DNA of 64,000 bases from Candidatus Latescibacterota bacterium (GCA_965208125.1 OZ242320.1:1824001-1888000); one strand, 5' to 3'. Shown: positions 19,001 through 29,742, numbered from the stretch's first letter. Translations and numbers: made by a program. Notes: generated by a model from the sequence alone, not told the origin.

Positions 19001-19312
19001 ATGCCTATAATGCCCCCAATTCATCCGGGAGAAATCCTGCTCGAGGAATTTCTCCAGCCTCTGAGTATTAGCCAGTATCGTCTGGCAAAGGATATTTCAG
19101 TGCCTCCTCGGCGGATTAACGAGATTGTGCATGGCAAACGCGCTATCTCGGCAGATACAGCGCTACGGCTGGCGCGCTACTTTGGGACCACAGATCAATT
19201 CTGGCTCAATCTGCAGACGCGCTACAATTTGGAGTTGGAGAAAGACCGCCTCGGTGAGCGATTGGAGGTTGAAGTGCGCGTTTTAGAGCGTCAAGTATTG
19301 ACAGATACCTGA
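19001..19312 (+). CDS. higA: HigA-family antitoxin (orphan)
   Basis: PPIHPGEILLEEFL...RRINEIVHGKRAISADTALRL; no toxin upstream. Confidence 0.9.
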   Translation: MPIMPPIHPGEILLEEFLQPLSISQYRLAKDISVPPRRINEIVHGKRAISADTALRLARYFGTTDQFWLNLQTRYNLELEKDRLGERLEVEVRVLERQVLTDT

Positions 19313-19332
19313 CAGGGGCTATATTTCTTTAT

Positions 19333-19665
19333 ATGCTAATTGCAAAAATTCCTGATGATGCCCTTGTAGTTCGTGGCGGTAAAAACCGACCAGAAGACAT
19401 TCGACGTGGAAGCGGAACACATCCAAGTGGGATCACAGGCATATCAGTAGAAAGTGGTGAAGGTGTATCTATTTCTGAATTGGCAAGGACGATTCCACAT
19501 GGACAAGTTGGCGTGACAACCGTTGGTGAAATCCGAAAAGCTGGCGGTGATGTGGTGCGAACTTCTGGGCGAAGCCCTTTTCATGCGACATTAACTGGAC
19601 TTACGCCCGAGCAAGTTAGTGAACTTTTTGTGCCAACAATTCCAAATCCCGCACGGGAGAATTAA
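19333..19665 (+). CDS. Small putative toxin domain protein
   Basis: VVRGG...GISV...HATL; resembles polymorphic-toxin C-terminal domains (inference). Confidence 0.55.
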   Translation: MLIAKIPDDALVVRGGKNRPEDIRRGSGTHPSGITGISVESGEGVSISELARTIPHGQVGVTTVGEIRKAGGDVVRTSGRSPFHATLTGLTPEQVSELFVPTIPNPAREN

Positions 19666-19667
19666 AA

Positions 19668-19940
19668 ATGAACAAACCAAGAATATTCGCGGACTTTCAC
19701 AATGCGGATGTAAAAGGCAGGGTGCGTTTGAACTGCGCTGGGACCGTGGAAGACCTTGCATGTCAGAAAATGGTTCTAAAAGAAGGGCAATCACTGATCC
19801 TTTACAGCGAAGATTTAGAAGTTGATGGTGTGGTTCGATACTCTCAAAAAGAAAATTTGTGGGTTGCTATGATTGATTGGGATGCCATTCGAGAGGTTGC
19901 CCCTGTAGTCTCTCAAACAGAACACCACAGCCCAGTTTGA
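19668..19940 (+). CDS. Small hypothetical protein, candidate immunity/antitoxin
   Basis: Starts 2 nt after the previous stop; ADFHNAD...GRVRL...IDWD. Confidence 0.6.
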   Translation: MNKPRIFADFHNADVKGRVRLNCAGTVEDLACQKMVLKEGQSLILYSEDLEVDGVVRYSQKENLWVAMIDWDAIREVAPVVSQTEHHSPV

Positions 19941-19974
19941 TGGCCTTTAAACCGCTCAATCGGATCTTATTTTT

Positions 19975-20017
19975 TAAAGCCCAACGGTCTTTTCTAAACC
20001 GTTGGGCTTTTATTTTT
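19975..20017 (+). terminator. Intrinsic terminator at the island's right edge
   Basis: aaagcccaacggt...accgttgggcttttattttt. Confidence 0.75.
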
Positions 20018-20150
20018 AGAGACTCAATGGTCATAACAACTGCCATTATGACTGAAATCGGGTAGCAAAATCGGCACTTCTCAGATTAAATAATGGAACC
20101 AAAATTGATATTTGGTTGTAAATAAAGTAATTAGCTGAATTTAAAATTTC

Positions 20151-20166
20151 AGGCACGGATATTGCT
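20151..20166 (+). promoter_or_regulatory. Putative sigma54 (-24/-12) promoter of lon
   Basis: AGGCACGGATATTGCT, with GG-N10-GC spacing matching TGGCACG-N4-TTGC. Confidence 0.65.
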
Positions 20167-20214
20167 TAAAAAATGGTAAAGTTGATATACCATCATTCCA
20201 AGGAGCATCTAATC

Positions 20215-22617
20215 ATGCCAAACGACAACCCCCTCACAAGCGTAAACGCAATCGAAGCGTATAGCATCCCCTCCGAATTACCCATGCTGGTGACATCTGA
20301 AGTGGTGATCTATCCCCTCATGGCCGCCCCCTTGTTATTGGAAGACGAACGCGCGGTAAAAGCCGCGCAAGCGGCAATAGACGCTGGGCACAAAGTAATC
20401 GCCATCTTTGGAGAACTGGAAGAAAGCGACGCCGAAGAAGACATCCGCCGGGAGTCCCTGTATCCCGTAGGCACGGCAATCTACATCGCGCGATCCGCGG
20501 ACATGCCCGATGGCCGCATGCAAGTGCTCGTACAGGGCATGGCGCGACTATCACTCATAGATGTATTGCGATCGCAACCTTATCCCATAGCGAAAGTTGA
20601 GAAAATAGCATCAGAAATAGAACACAACACCGAATTGGAAGCACTCGCGCGCAATATATTCGGTCAGTTCAAAAAAGCAGTGGCACTCGCCCCCAATGTA
20701 CCCAGAGAAGTCGGAGCAGCCTTAGACGCCCTCTCAGAAATAACCCACAAGGCAGACTTCATCGCCTCACAACTCAACGTGGGATTTGAAGATCAACAAA
20801 AAATATTAGCCGAGCGCAATCTGTATCGGCGACTGGAAGCCATCAATCAATTCCTCAATCGCGAAGTTGAAATTCTGGAACTGCGCGAAAAAATCAGCTC
20901 AGAAGCCGCGGGAACCATGGAAGACGCACAAAAAGAGTATTTTTTGCGCCAGCAACTGCGGGCAATTCAAGATGAACTGGGTGAAGGAGAGGATATCGGT
21001 GCCGAAATCGAAGAACTGCGCGAAAAAATCGAAGCCGCCAGCATGTCCGAAGAAGCAAAAACAGAAGCCGAACGCGAGCTAAAACGCATGGCGCGCATGC
21101 CCGAAGCCTCTGCCGAATACACCGTATCGCGCACCTATCTGGACTGGCTCGTCGAACTCCCGTGGAACAAAAAGACAAGCGATCAATTAGACATCAAAAA
21201 AGCCGAACGCGTCTTGAATGCAGACCACTATGGATTGGAAAAGCCCAAAGAACGCATCCTTGAGTACCTGTCCGTGCGCCAATTGAAAGACGACATGCGC
21301 GGACCTATCTTGTTACTGGTCGGCCCCCCGGGCACGGGCAAAACATCACTGGGCAAATCCGTGGCACGAGCACTCAACCGCGAATTTGTCAGAATGTCAT
21401 TGGGCGGCATCCGCGACGAATCGGAAATTCGAGGACACCGCCGCACCTACATCGGCGCACTGCCCGGACGCATCATACAGGGACTGCGGCGTGCCGGCAC
21501 AAAAAACCCCGTATTCATGCTGGATGAAATCGACAAACTCGGCGCAGACTTTCGCGGCGACCCCTCCGCAGCACTGCTGGAAGTCCTGGACCCGGCGCAA
21601 AACAACACCTTTGTGGATCACTATCTGGACGTCGCCTTTGACCTCTCAGAAGTCTTATTCCTCGCCACTGCCAACTCGCTCCACACAATCCCACCCGCAC
21701 TCATGGACCGAATGGAAGTACTGGAAGTCTCGGGATATACCGAAGCCGAAAAAATGGAAATCGCGCGTCGGTACCTGGTCAAACGCCAGATATTAGAACA
21801 CGGATTGACCCCCCAAAAGGCATCTTTCGACAAAGCCGCCCTGCAAGAAGTAATCCAGCACTACACCCGCGAGGCCGGGGTGCGAAATCTGGAGCGCGAA
21901 ATCGCAACCGTGACGCGCAAGATCGCCCGCAAATTTGCTCAGGGCCGCAAGCGACGCGTACACATCCATCAAAAAAACATCGCCGAATATCTGGGACCAC
22001 AAAGATTTCGCCACGAAGTAGCCGAAGAAGATCACGAGGTGGGCGTCGCCGCTGGCCTCGCCGTAACATCTACCGGTGGTGATGTCCTCTTTGTCGAAGC
22101 AACAGTCATACCCGGTAAAGGCGAGTTAAATCTAACCGGACAGGTCGGCGACGTAATGAAAGAATCTGCGCATGCGGCCATGACATACGTGCGGTCGCGC
22201 TGGCATGAACTGGGGCTAAACGCGCAGTTTAACAAAAACCAGGATGTACACGTACACGTACCTGCAGGAGCCGTACCCAAAGATGGTCCATCGGCAGGTA
22301 TTACCATGGCCACAGTCCTCGCATCGGTATTCACCAATCGGCCCGTTCGCAAAGACGTGGCAATGACAGGCGAAATTACACTGCGCGGCAAAGTACTGCC
22401 CATCGGCGGCGTACGCGATAAAGTCCTATCAGCACACCGCGCAGGTGTAAAAACAGTAATCTTACCCGAAGACAACCGCAAAGACGCACACGAAATACCC
22501 GATACAGCGCGCAAAGACATAAGGCTGGTATTTGCATCTCACATGGATCAAGTTCTGGAAACCGCCATCATGAAACGCCCCCGCAAGCCAATGGCTGAGG
22601 TGTTCAGTGTGAATTGA
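20215..22617 (+). CDS. lon: ATP-dependent Lon protease
   Basis: LON N-domain, GPPGTGKTS Walker A, LDEIDK, PKDGPSAG catalytic Ser motif. Confidence 0.98.
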   Translation: MPNDNPLTSVNAIEAYSIPSELPMLVTSEVVIYPLMAAPLLLEDERAVKAAQAAIDAGHKVIAIFGELEESDAEEDIRRESLYPVGTAIYIARSADMPDGRMQVLVQGMARLSLIDVLRSQPYPIAKVEKIASEIEHNTELEALARNIFGQFKKAVALAPNVPREVGAALDALSEITHKADFIASQLNVGFEDQQKILAERNLYRRLEAINQFLNREVEILELREKISSEAAGTMEDAQKEYFLRQQLRAIQDELGEGEDIGAEIEELREKIEAASMSEEAKTEAERELKRMARMPEASAEYTVSRTYLDWLVELPWNKKTSDQLDIKKAERVLNADHYGLEKPKERILEYLSVRQLKDDMRGPILLLVGPPGTGKTSLGKSVARALNREFVRMSLGGIRDESEIRGHRRTYIGALPGRIIQGLRRAGTKNPVFMLDEIDKLGADFRGDPSAALLEVLDPAQNNTFVDHYLDVAFDLSEVLFLATANSLHTIPPALMDRMEVLEVSGYTEAEKMEIARRYLVKRQILEHGLTPQKASFDKAALQEVIQHYTREAGVRNLEREIATVTRKIARKFAQGRKRRVHIHQKNIAEYLGPQRFRHEVAEEDHEVGVAAGLAVTSTGGDVLFVEATVIPGKGELNLTGQVGDVMKESAHAAMTYVRSRWHELGLNAQFNKNQDVHVHVPAGAVPKDGPSAGITMATVLASVFTNRPVRKDVAMTGEITLRGKVLPIGGVRDKVLSAHRAGVKTVILPEDNRKDAHEIPDTARKDIRLVFASHMDQVLETAIMKRPRKPMAEVFSVN

Positions 22618-22624
22618 TTTATTT

Positions 22625-23128
22625 TCACCCCTCAAAATACTCGACAAACTTCTCAAAAACAGGTTCCGGAACATAGCGTCTCACAACATCTTGCCAGCCA
22701 TCGGGACCCACCAGCCCTTTGATAAAACTGGAACTGATCTCTGCAATCTCTCGCGGGGGCATCAAAAAGATAGTCGTAATCGTATCGTCCAGATCACTAT
22801 TGATATAGCGCATCCTGCGTTCAAACTCATAGTCGCTCTGCGTGCGAATACCCCGCACAATATAACCTGCGCCAATACCGCGTGCGTAATTGACCAGAAA
22901 CTGATTTTCGTAACTGGCGACAACGACATTATCGAACTGCGACGTAGTCTCACAAAGCAGACCCAGCCTTTCCTCCAGTGAAAACGTATAGTCCTTATCC
23001 GGATTGATCCCAATAGCGACAACGAGCTGATCGAAGAGCTGCGCAGCCTCCTGAATAACCCACAGATGGCCGTGGGTAACGGGATCAAAGCTGGCGGCGT
23101 AAACGGCTTTTTTCATCTTATTCCTCAT
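22625..23128 (-). CDS. coaD: Phosphopantetheine adenylyltransferase
   Basis: ASFDPVTHGH, IVRGIR..SDYEFE, ISSS. Confidence 0.95.
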   Translation of the reverse strand: MRNKMKKAVYAASFDPVTHGHLWVIQEAAQLFDQLVVAIGINPDKDYTFSLEERLGLLCETTSQFDNVVVASYENQFLVNYARGIGAGYIVRGIRTQSDYEFERRMRYINSDLDDTITTIFLMPPREIAEISSSFIKGLVGPDGWQDVVRRYVPEPVFEKFVEYFEG

Positions 23129-23886
23129 GAAATATCGGTGAGTGCCCAAGCAATGAGGCCGAAAGTAATGAGTTGCGGGCGGCGGTCCTTATCCAGCAAA
23201 TAGTGGACGGGCAAGATACCTTCGCCAGATTGAACAAAGGTTTTATAAGAACCGATACCGAGTTCAACCGATCCATCGGCAACGAGCTTGTGATTGGGGT
23301 GCAAGAGAGACAGATCTTGAATCAGATCAAATGCCATTGGCAAGGAATGCCTTCCACATAGCAAAATGTGGGGGAGTATCCAATGGCTAAAGACCGGACG
23401 CGTTGCGCGGTATGTGTATGCACCATCTCGCGACTGAATATGCCCCTTGTTATTTTCCCAGCTCTCGCGCAACTCAGAAATCGGAATCGGCTCCCCCTCG
23501 GCATCGGCGCGATAAGTGTACAGCGTCCAGGATTTGAGGGTATCGTCGGGGTTGCAGATCACATCCGCCTCAAAAATAGTCGGCTCGCCGCCAATGTGAG
23601 TTTGCTGGCGGATGCAATACGTGCCGCCCTGTTCGCGCCCAATACTCACCGAGCCATACACGCTATTGGGACAAGGCGGCGGTTGCGCGGGCGCAAAGGA
23701 CCAGTTGAGGATATCGTAAGTGAGCGTAGCGCAATCGGCATCCACAATAGACGTCTGCACCGGCGTGAAACCCGAGAGAAAATCGCGGATGGGTTGAACG
23801 GCATAGGGACCGATGGTGTCAATTGCCATGGGGTCAGGCCTCATTGAGAATGGAAAGATACCAGTCGATATAGTCGCGATAGACAT
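23125..23886 (-). CDS. Hypothetical protein (start uncertain)
   Basis: ORF in the operon between the sulfatase and coaD. Confidence 0.6.
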   Translation of the reverse strand: MSIATISTGIFPFSMRPDPMAIDTIGPYAVQPIRDFLSGFTPVQTSIVDADCATLTYDILNWSFAPAQPPPCPNSVYGSVSIGREQGGTYCIRQQTHIGGEPTIFEADVICNPDDTLKSWTLYTYRADAEGEPIPISELRESWENNKGHIQSRDGAYTYRATRPVFSHWILPHILLCGRHSLPMAFDLIQDLSLLHPNHKLVADGSVELGIGSYKTFVQSGEGILPVHYLLDKDRRPQLITFGLIAWALTDIS

Positions 23887-25141
23887 TGCCGCGCTTCAGA
23901 TTACCGAGATCGATTTCTGGTTCGGGATACATTTCAATTTGGGATATGTATTCGCGAAAATGTGCCCGATGGCGCGCGACAATATCTGCACAGTGCGCTT
24001 CATCGGCGAGGTCTTGCGTTTCGAGCGGATCGTTTTGAAGATCGTAGAGACGCGTGTTATCCCGATCAATAATGCTTTTGTAGCGCGCATCGCGCACGGC
24101 AACCGATAGCCGACCAATAGAAGTTTCGCCGATGACGTAGGTGCGCCACGGGACATTGCGCCGTTCAAAAATGGGACGCCATGAACGCGCAATAGTGGTC
24201 TTGGGCAAGGGCGGTGCGCCGGCATAGTCGCATATCGTGGCGGGAATATCGACGCCGGAGATGAGATGCTCGGCATCCCGCACGCCTTCCGGAATACGCC
24301 CGGGCCACCACGCAATGGTGGGAACACGAAACGCTTCTTCCTCAAGAAAACCCTTGCTGGTATTGCTGTGAAAGCCGAGGCCATCGCCGTGGTCAGAGGC
24401 AAAAATGACGAGGGTATTGTCAGCATAAGGCGATGCGCGAAGCGCGTGCATAACGCGGCCAACTTCGGCGTCAACCATCTCGACCATGCGGTAATACTGA
24501 TAGATGTAATACTGCCAATCGCGGCGCGACCACTGGCGAGTACTGGGCCGCCCGCGCTGGGCGTATTCGTCGTCGAAATTGCCCGGAAGAGGCGGGAGAT
24601 CGCCCTCAATTTTCGATGCAAAACCGTATTTGCCCGGGCCGCCGTGGGACATCGCGGGAAAGCAGCAATCGTGCGGGTTGAGGAATCCAACGCTTAAAAA
24701 GAAGGGTTTATCAGACGTGCGATTTTTCAGATAGGCCACGGCTGATCGGGCGACATTGCCGTCGTTGAGTTCGCCCATGCCGTGCTGGGGTTGCAACACA
24801 TCAAAACTCGCGTGTAAATCGCGTCCCGTGACGTGCCATTTGCCCGTGTACACACACTCATAGTCTTCGCGGCGCAGCCACTGTCCCAGGTCCGGGATAC
24901 TGGGATCAATGGGATAGGAATTGACGACAACGCCGTGTTCTTTGGACATGCGCCCCGTGTACCAACACGCCCGCGAAGGACAGCACTGGGGCATGGCGCA
25001 GTAGGCATTGGTAAAGGTATAGCCTTCGCGCACGAGCTGGTCAATAGCAGGTGTGTGTACGTATTCGCAGCCGAGCGCAGAGATCGCATCGGCGTGCATC
25101 TGATCGACGTGTATAAAGAGAATATTGAGTTTCATAAGCAC
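23834..25141 (-). CDS. Sulfatase
   Basis: NILFIHVDQ, CCPSR formylglycine motif, GKWH, SDHG. Confidence 0.95.
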   Translation of the reverse strand: MLMKLNILFIHVDQMHADAISALGCEYVHTPAIDQLVREGYTFTNAYCAMPQCCPSRACWYTGRMSKEHGVVVNSYPIDPSIPDLGQWLRREDYECVYTGKWHVTGRDLHASFDVLQPQHGMGELNDGNVARSAVAYLKNRTSDKPFFLSVGFLNPHDCCFPAMSHGGPGKYGFASKIEGDLPPLPGNFDDEYAQRGRPSTRQWSRRDWQYYIYQYYRMVEMVDAEVGRVMHALRASPYADNTLVIFASDHGDGLGFHSNTSKGFLEEEAFRVPTIAWWPGRIPEGVRDAEHLISGVDIPATICDYAGAPPLPKTTIARSWRPIFERRNVPWRTYVIGETSIGRLSVAVRDARYKSIIDRDNTRLYDLQNDPLETQDLADEAHCADIVARHRAHFREYISQIEMYPEPEIDLGNLKRGNVYRDYIDWYLSILNEA

Positions 25142-26592
25142 TATTGTTGAGCCACGAGGCGGTCTTCATTGAGCAAATTGCCATCCACCCCAAAATGGCG
25201 AAAAATGAGAACGGGAACATTGTTTTCGCGATCCACCACACCCTCCAGAAAACCACCAATAACATTGAGATAGCGGTGCTCGGGCAGCCGCTTATCCTCA
25301 GGCCATCCACCGGCGTGCCCATCGCTGGCAGGACCACAAGAATATTCTCGCACACCAGTTTCCCCATCAACAGAGACGTATTGCCAGTGCCGGTCACCGC
25401 AAACAACCACCATATTCTTTTGTCCCGCGATAAACTGACGCAATTCATCCCCCTCATAAGAGAACACCTTGTTGGCGTGGTTGTCTTTTTTATTTTCGCG
25501 ATCAGGACCAACCACTGGCGTAGGGCTGATGAGAATGCGGAACGCGGCATCGGAACCCCGCACAGTATCTTTAAACCAGGCCTTTTGCTCCTTTCCCCAG
25601 ATGGTCTTTTCAGGCCCATCTACCATCGTATTGGGACTCCGAAAATCGCGCCCTTCAACCATCCAGATCTGCAAATCTTTTCCCCAGCGCACCGTTCGAT
25701 ACGTGCGATCACCCATCCCAACCTGCTCCCGAAAAACAGCCAGACCCTGCTCAAAGGTAAATTCCCCCATGAATGGCGTCTGTTGACCCGGCCAACAATC
25801 GTTCATCCAAGTATCGTGGTCGTCCTTAATAAAATAACTGGCAACCTCCCGGTGAAATGCGACATTGGTAGGCAGACTATACATCCGCGCCCAGTGCCAG
25901 CGCGCCAGAGGCAGGGTTTTGGCCCGGCTATCGTAATAGACAATATCGCCTGCATGCACAAAAAAATCGGGATCGCGCTTTAATATACTCGCGTAAATGC
26001 GATAGCCCCCCTCAGGTGCATCTTGATCGCCATAAGCCTGACAGGTAGAAACGTGAAAAACAACACGGGCGGACTGATCTACAGAAGGTGCCGTGCGAAA
26101 ACGTCCAGAGACCATTTGTCCATCTGCCTCAGCGCGAGCCTGCACCTCAATTTGATACCGCGTACCCGGCTCTAAATCCGTCAGCTTGATCTGCCGCGTA
26201 AAATCGAGATCGAGATCCACCGCACCCCAGGGCGTACTCTTCCAGTCATCGGACTTTTCAACAGCATACCGAACGCGCACATCCCCCAACGTACCGGGAA
26301 CCGCACCCTCAATCGTATGGATATCGGAATCATCGGGAAACAGAACAACGGGTTCCATAGTGCGTCGGCCCTGGCGCCGTTCCAATTCACCCGTCTCGGG
26401 ATTTCGATAGCGCACAGTGGGCCTGGGATGACTTTTATCCATCCGCTCGGGATTCCTGGTCAAACGCGCCCAGACAATCGCACTGGTCTGATCCACCTCG
26501 CAAATTTTAATCCCTGTAGCCTGATAAGGACCGCTACCATAGCTATTGACAAACAGTGCCAATATGCAAAAACCGGCAAATAGCGTCTTCAT
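25141..26592 (-). CDS. Alkaline phosphatase D family protein
   Basis: GDIVYYD, DDHD, GDRH motifs; signal peptide. Confidence 0.9.
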   Translation of the reverse strand: MKTLFAGFCILALFVNSYGSGPYQATGIKICEVDQTSAIVWARLTRNPERMDKSHPRPTVRYRNPETGELERRQGRRTMEPVVLFPDDSDIHTIEGAVPGTLGDVRVRYAVEKSDDWKSTPWGAVDLDLDFTRQIKLTDLEPGTRYQIEVQARAEADGQMVSGRFRTAPSVDQSARVVFHVSTCQAYGDQDAPEGGYRIYASILKRDPDFFVHAGDIVYYDSRAKTLPLARWHWARMYSLPTNVAFHREVASYFIKDDHDTWMNDCWPGQQTPFMGEFTFEQGLAVFREQVGMGDRTYRTVRWGKDLQIWMVEGRDFRSPNTMVDGPEKTIWGKEQKAWFKDTVRGSDAAFRILISPTPVVGPDRENKKDNHANKVFSYEGDELRQFIAGQKNMVVVCGDRHWQYVSVDGETGVREYSCGPASDGHAGGWPEDKRLPEHRYLNVIGGFLEGVVDRENNVPVLIFRHFGVDGNLLNEDRLVAQQ

Positions 26593-26610
26593 TCATTCTT
26601 CTCCTGTGAT

Positions 26611-29016
26611 TCACCTCGCCGCCTGGGGCAACGTATCCGTCGCCCTCTGAACACCTGATGGTTCAACAAGCACCGTCGCATCAGATGCGCTCTGCTGTTT
26701 TCGATCTACCGTGACATCCACACCAAGGGCGATACCCTTGTCCTCGTGGCGAATCTCGAGCGAGGGACCACGATCGGGATTTAACTCCCCCCGAATAATC
26801 CAATCGTCCAAACAAATCCACCCATCTCTCTGAACAGGATCTTGAAACCGCGCTTCATCTTCCCGGTCACGCACCTGAAAAACAGCGAGAAAACGCATAA
26901 TATTGCACGCCCTCTCAGGCGAAACCACGACATGCCACTGATCGGGAAAAACCGCCATATTTTTCCCCAAAAAAGTCTTATTACCCCCCCAGTTGACAGC
27001 GTGCGGATCAAAAACCGTATCGATCTCAATATGCAATTTTTGCGACCCAAAAATATTCACCTGACCGCACGCAGTACGAGTCTGCGTGTACAATCGCTGA
27101 TGGCAAACATCAACAGTAATTTCCCGATCCCCGTGTACAAGCCATTGCCAGCAAGCGTCGTGATCGGCTTCCAGATCGTCGTAAACCACCAGAACATCCG
27201 GCCTCAAAAGCACCAGATGCCGACGAAAACGCCTGAGACCCGCATCCCCATACGCCTGGGATGCATCCCCAAGCGCGTACGCCACATGTTCGCCATTGAG
27301 AAACCGGGAAATTATACCGTAGCTCTCAGCACCTCGGGGCTGACCCTTGCCATCTATGAGAACCGAATTGTGTCCCCGCGTAGCCCTGTACCATAGTTTC
27401 GAATGATCGTCACCCGCAGACGTGTAATACCCCGAATTCCTGAAAAGAGGTTCTCCCCCATAAAAAATATTAAACCCATTCTGACACTCGTGAGAATGGA
27501 GAAGCGATCCATAGGGACTGGACCGCATACCCACCATGAGATCTCGTCGGGTATTTGCGAGATCCGTATGCAGCGACACAATACCAACATCGGCAAAACA
27601 CCTGCCCTGCGGCAATGCCCTGGGCGAACGCGGGCGCGGTTTCGCCTTTTGATCTTTGAGCTTGTGCCAGATAAGCAACGGATTGCTCTCCTCTCCTGCC
27701 TCTTCCCGCCACTGCTGCACATACCACGCGGCATAAGGATCGTCAAACCGAACAGCCATATCCTCTACAAAATCGAGATGATTACCCGTCGGATGCGCCT
27801 TCAGTTCCGTACCATCGCCAAATCCATCCGACCGCGAATGGGGCGGCCATGTATAAAGCAGAAAACTGGCACTATTTTTGTACCATGCATCCTGAAAAAG
27901 ATCCACACCGCTGAGTTCTCCAATGCGCGAAGGGAGAACGAGCAGCGTCTCCACATTCGTCCCAAAATAAGAATTGCCATTTGCCCAGCCCCCATCAGCA
28001 CCTCCCATAAGAGGAAAGCGGGCAATCCACAGTTCGTACACAAAGCGCACCCATTGTGCCGCATCGGGATACTCGTGCAAAAGTGCAAAAGCAACTTCGG
28101 AAAATTCGATAAGCAAATGTTGCCAGAAATGGCTGCGAAAAACCAGCGTCTCGATCTTATTCCTCTCCTCCCTGAAAAAACGCTCTGCCCGCACAACCAT
28201 TGCCGCACGCAGGCACGCGCGCTGGGATTCCGTAAGCAGATCAAAGCAAGAATCGTAAACACCCGCCATAACCCGCATACAAGACCCATCGGCAAAATCG
28301 CTAATAACGGGATTGGTGTACCCATCCGCATCCCAATTCGCCACATGAAGCCCGCGGCGTATCGCTTCCCGAGCATAGCACTCCTCACCCGAAAGCAAAT
28401 AAGCCGGAATAAGCCACTGCACCGCCGAAGCCATACTACCCGCAAGCGCTTTACTACCCCACCTGTGAAACTTGAAAACCTGATACGCGTCTTCCCCTTT
28501 ATCCGGCGGCATAGTATCGTCTTCCAGCAGCGCATCGAGAAACTGATCCGCACGCGACGTAAACCGCTTGCTATGGCCTTTGAGATCCGCGCCTCCACCT
28601 GGCAACACCCAGAGCCGGGGATGCGTCCTCGGACAAGCCGCAATCACATCCGTAGCCGACGGAGTCTCCATGCACCGAACAGAACCAGTAATCTCAAATT
28701 CATACCTATCAGACCAGCGATAGGGACCACCATCTACTGACGTACCGTATTGCCAAAACCATACCCCAAGCGCGAGTTCTCGATGCGGATTGAACATCGC
28801 CCAGGGAAAACCCTCTTCTGCAATAGTACTGCATTCCGGAAAATCGGGATCTCGAGACAAACGAACCGCGTATCGCACATCCTCACCCCTCTCAGCGGGC
28901 CAGAGTAGTGGTGGGGGATTGCGGTCAACGCGCTTGTTATTAATCGGAAATGCCGCAATGCGCGGTTGGGCGTGGATAACTCTCATAAAAATGGACTCAC
29001 AGCTTTTGGTGATCAC
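26611..29016 (-). CDS. Heparinase II/III-like polysaccharide lyase (DUF4962)
   Basis: HPRL, GGWANG..YF, HSH..QNGF, HNSVLIDG motifs. Confidence 0.85.
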   Translation of the reverse strand: MITKSCESIFMRVIHAQPRIAAFPINNKRVDRNPPPLLWPAERGEDVRYAVRLSRDPDFPECSTIAEEGFPWAMFNPHRELALGVWFWQYGTSVDGGPYRWSDRYEFEITGSVRCMETPSATDVIAACPRTHPRLWVLPGGGADLKGHSKRFTSRADQFLDALLEDDTMPPDKGEDAYQVFKFHRWGSKALAGSMASAVQWLIPAYLLSGEECYAREAIRRGLHVANWDADGYTNPVISDFADGSCMRVMAGVYDSCFDLLTESQRACLRAAMVVRAERFFREERNKIETLVFRSHFWQHLLIEFSEVAFALLHEYPDAAQWVRFVYELWIARFPLMGGADGGWANGNSYFGTNVETLLVLPSRIGELSGVDLFQDAWYKNSASFLLYTWPPHSRSDGFGDGTELKAHPTGNHLDFVEDMAVRFDDPYAAWYVQQWREEAGEESNPLLIWHKLKDQKAKPRPRSPRALPQGRCFADVGIVSLHTDLANTRRDLMVGMRSSPYGSLLHSHECQNGFNIFYGGEPLFRNSGYYTSAGDDHSKLWYRATRGHNSVLIDGKGQPRGAESYGIISRFLNGEHVAYALGDASQAYGDAGLRRFRRHLVLLRPDVLVVYDDLEADHDACWQWLVHGDREITVDVCHQRLYTQTRTACGQVNIFGSQKLHIEIDTVFDPHAVNWGGNKTFLGKNMAVFPDQWHVVVSPERACNIMRFLAVFQVRDREDEARFQDPVQRDGWICLDDWIIRGELNPDRGPSLEIRHEDKGIALGVDVTVDRKQQSASDATVLVEPSGVQRATDTLPQAAR

Positions 29017-29155
29017 TCAAGTAGCGTTGACATAATAATCGGCACAAAGAATGAATACAAGAAGGAAATAGAGTCCCACATTGACCAGCCATAGTGATTG
29101 TGGTATATTTTTTATCCTATTTGATTCTGCAAAACTCAACAGTTCTGGTCCGATA

Positions 29156-29503
29156 GTGATTATACCCAACGCAGAACACGCCTTCGTTGATATCAGGAAA
29201 CTTAGAGATTATACGCTTAACACACAGCACCGTGTTGGGCGTCATAAGGCGCGTTTATTTAATTCTATATTGGGAATTACACAAGAAGATGTAGAGGTAT
29301 TGCGTAATATTCTGATTGAAGTCGTTCGCACACATGAGGCAATGTTGGGGACACAAGATACTCACGGACAGCGTTATGAACTGGATTTTATGATGAACTG
29401 GCAAGGACATCAAGCTCTGGTCCGGAGTGTTTGGAATATCAGACCCAGCGAGCAGCATCCTCGCCTTGTCACATGCTATCCTTTGAAGGAGAGGCAAGAA
29501 TGA
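29156..29503 (+). CDS. DUF6883-like toxin domain protein
   Basis: IPNAEHAFVDIRKLRDYTLN..H..GRHKARLF...PRLVTCY. Confidence 0.75.
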   Translation: MIIPNAEHAFVDIRKLRDYTLNTQHRVGRHKARLFNSILGITQEDVEVLRNILIEVVRTHEAMLGTQDTHGQRYELDFMMNWQGHQALVRSVWNIRPSEQHPRLVTCYPLKERQE

Positions 29504-29742
29504 CCAATGATATTCGCCTATTAGATGTGGTGGCATTAACAATTGACAAGTTGGAACATAAATTGGTACGTGGCGAAATAGGCACTGTTGTAGAATGTCA
29601 TCCTGATGATGGCTATGAAGTCGAATTTGTAGCTCAAGATGGCTACACCTATGCCCTGATAACATGTGAGGGAAAAGATCTCCTTCCATTACGCGAAAAA
29701 CGGAAAGTGTACGACACCGCAGCTATTTCTGCTGAATCGTAG
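29500..29742 (+). CDS. DUF4926 family protein
   Basis: IRLLDVVAL...LVRGEIGTVVE...YEVEF...G.TYA; ATGA-type coupling to the upstream gene. Confidence 0.85.
   Translation: MTNDIRLLDVVALTIDKLEHKLVRGEIGTVVECHPDDGYEVEFVAQDGYTYALITCEGKDLLPLREKRKVYDTAAISAES

Noticed and set aside
1-19940. Prophage or integron call for the island
   Set aside because: No structural phage genes, integrase, attC-like periodic sites or tRNA att site were recognised in the window.
27403-28740. 445-aa antisense ORF, and similar ones at 25144-25983, 35409-36176 and 54389-55375
   Set aside because: These are shadows of well-supported opposite-strand genes and have no motifs.
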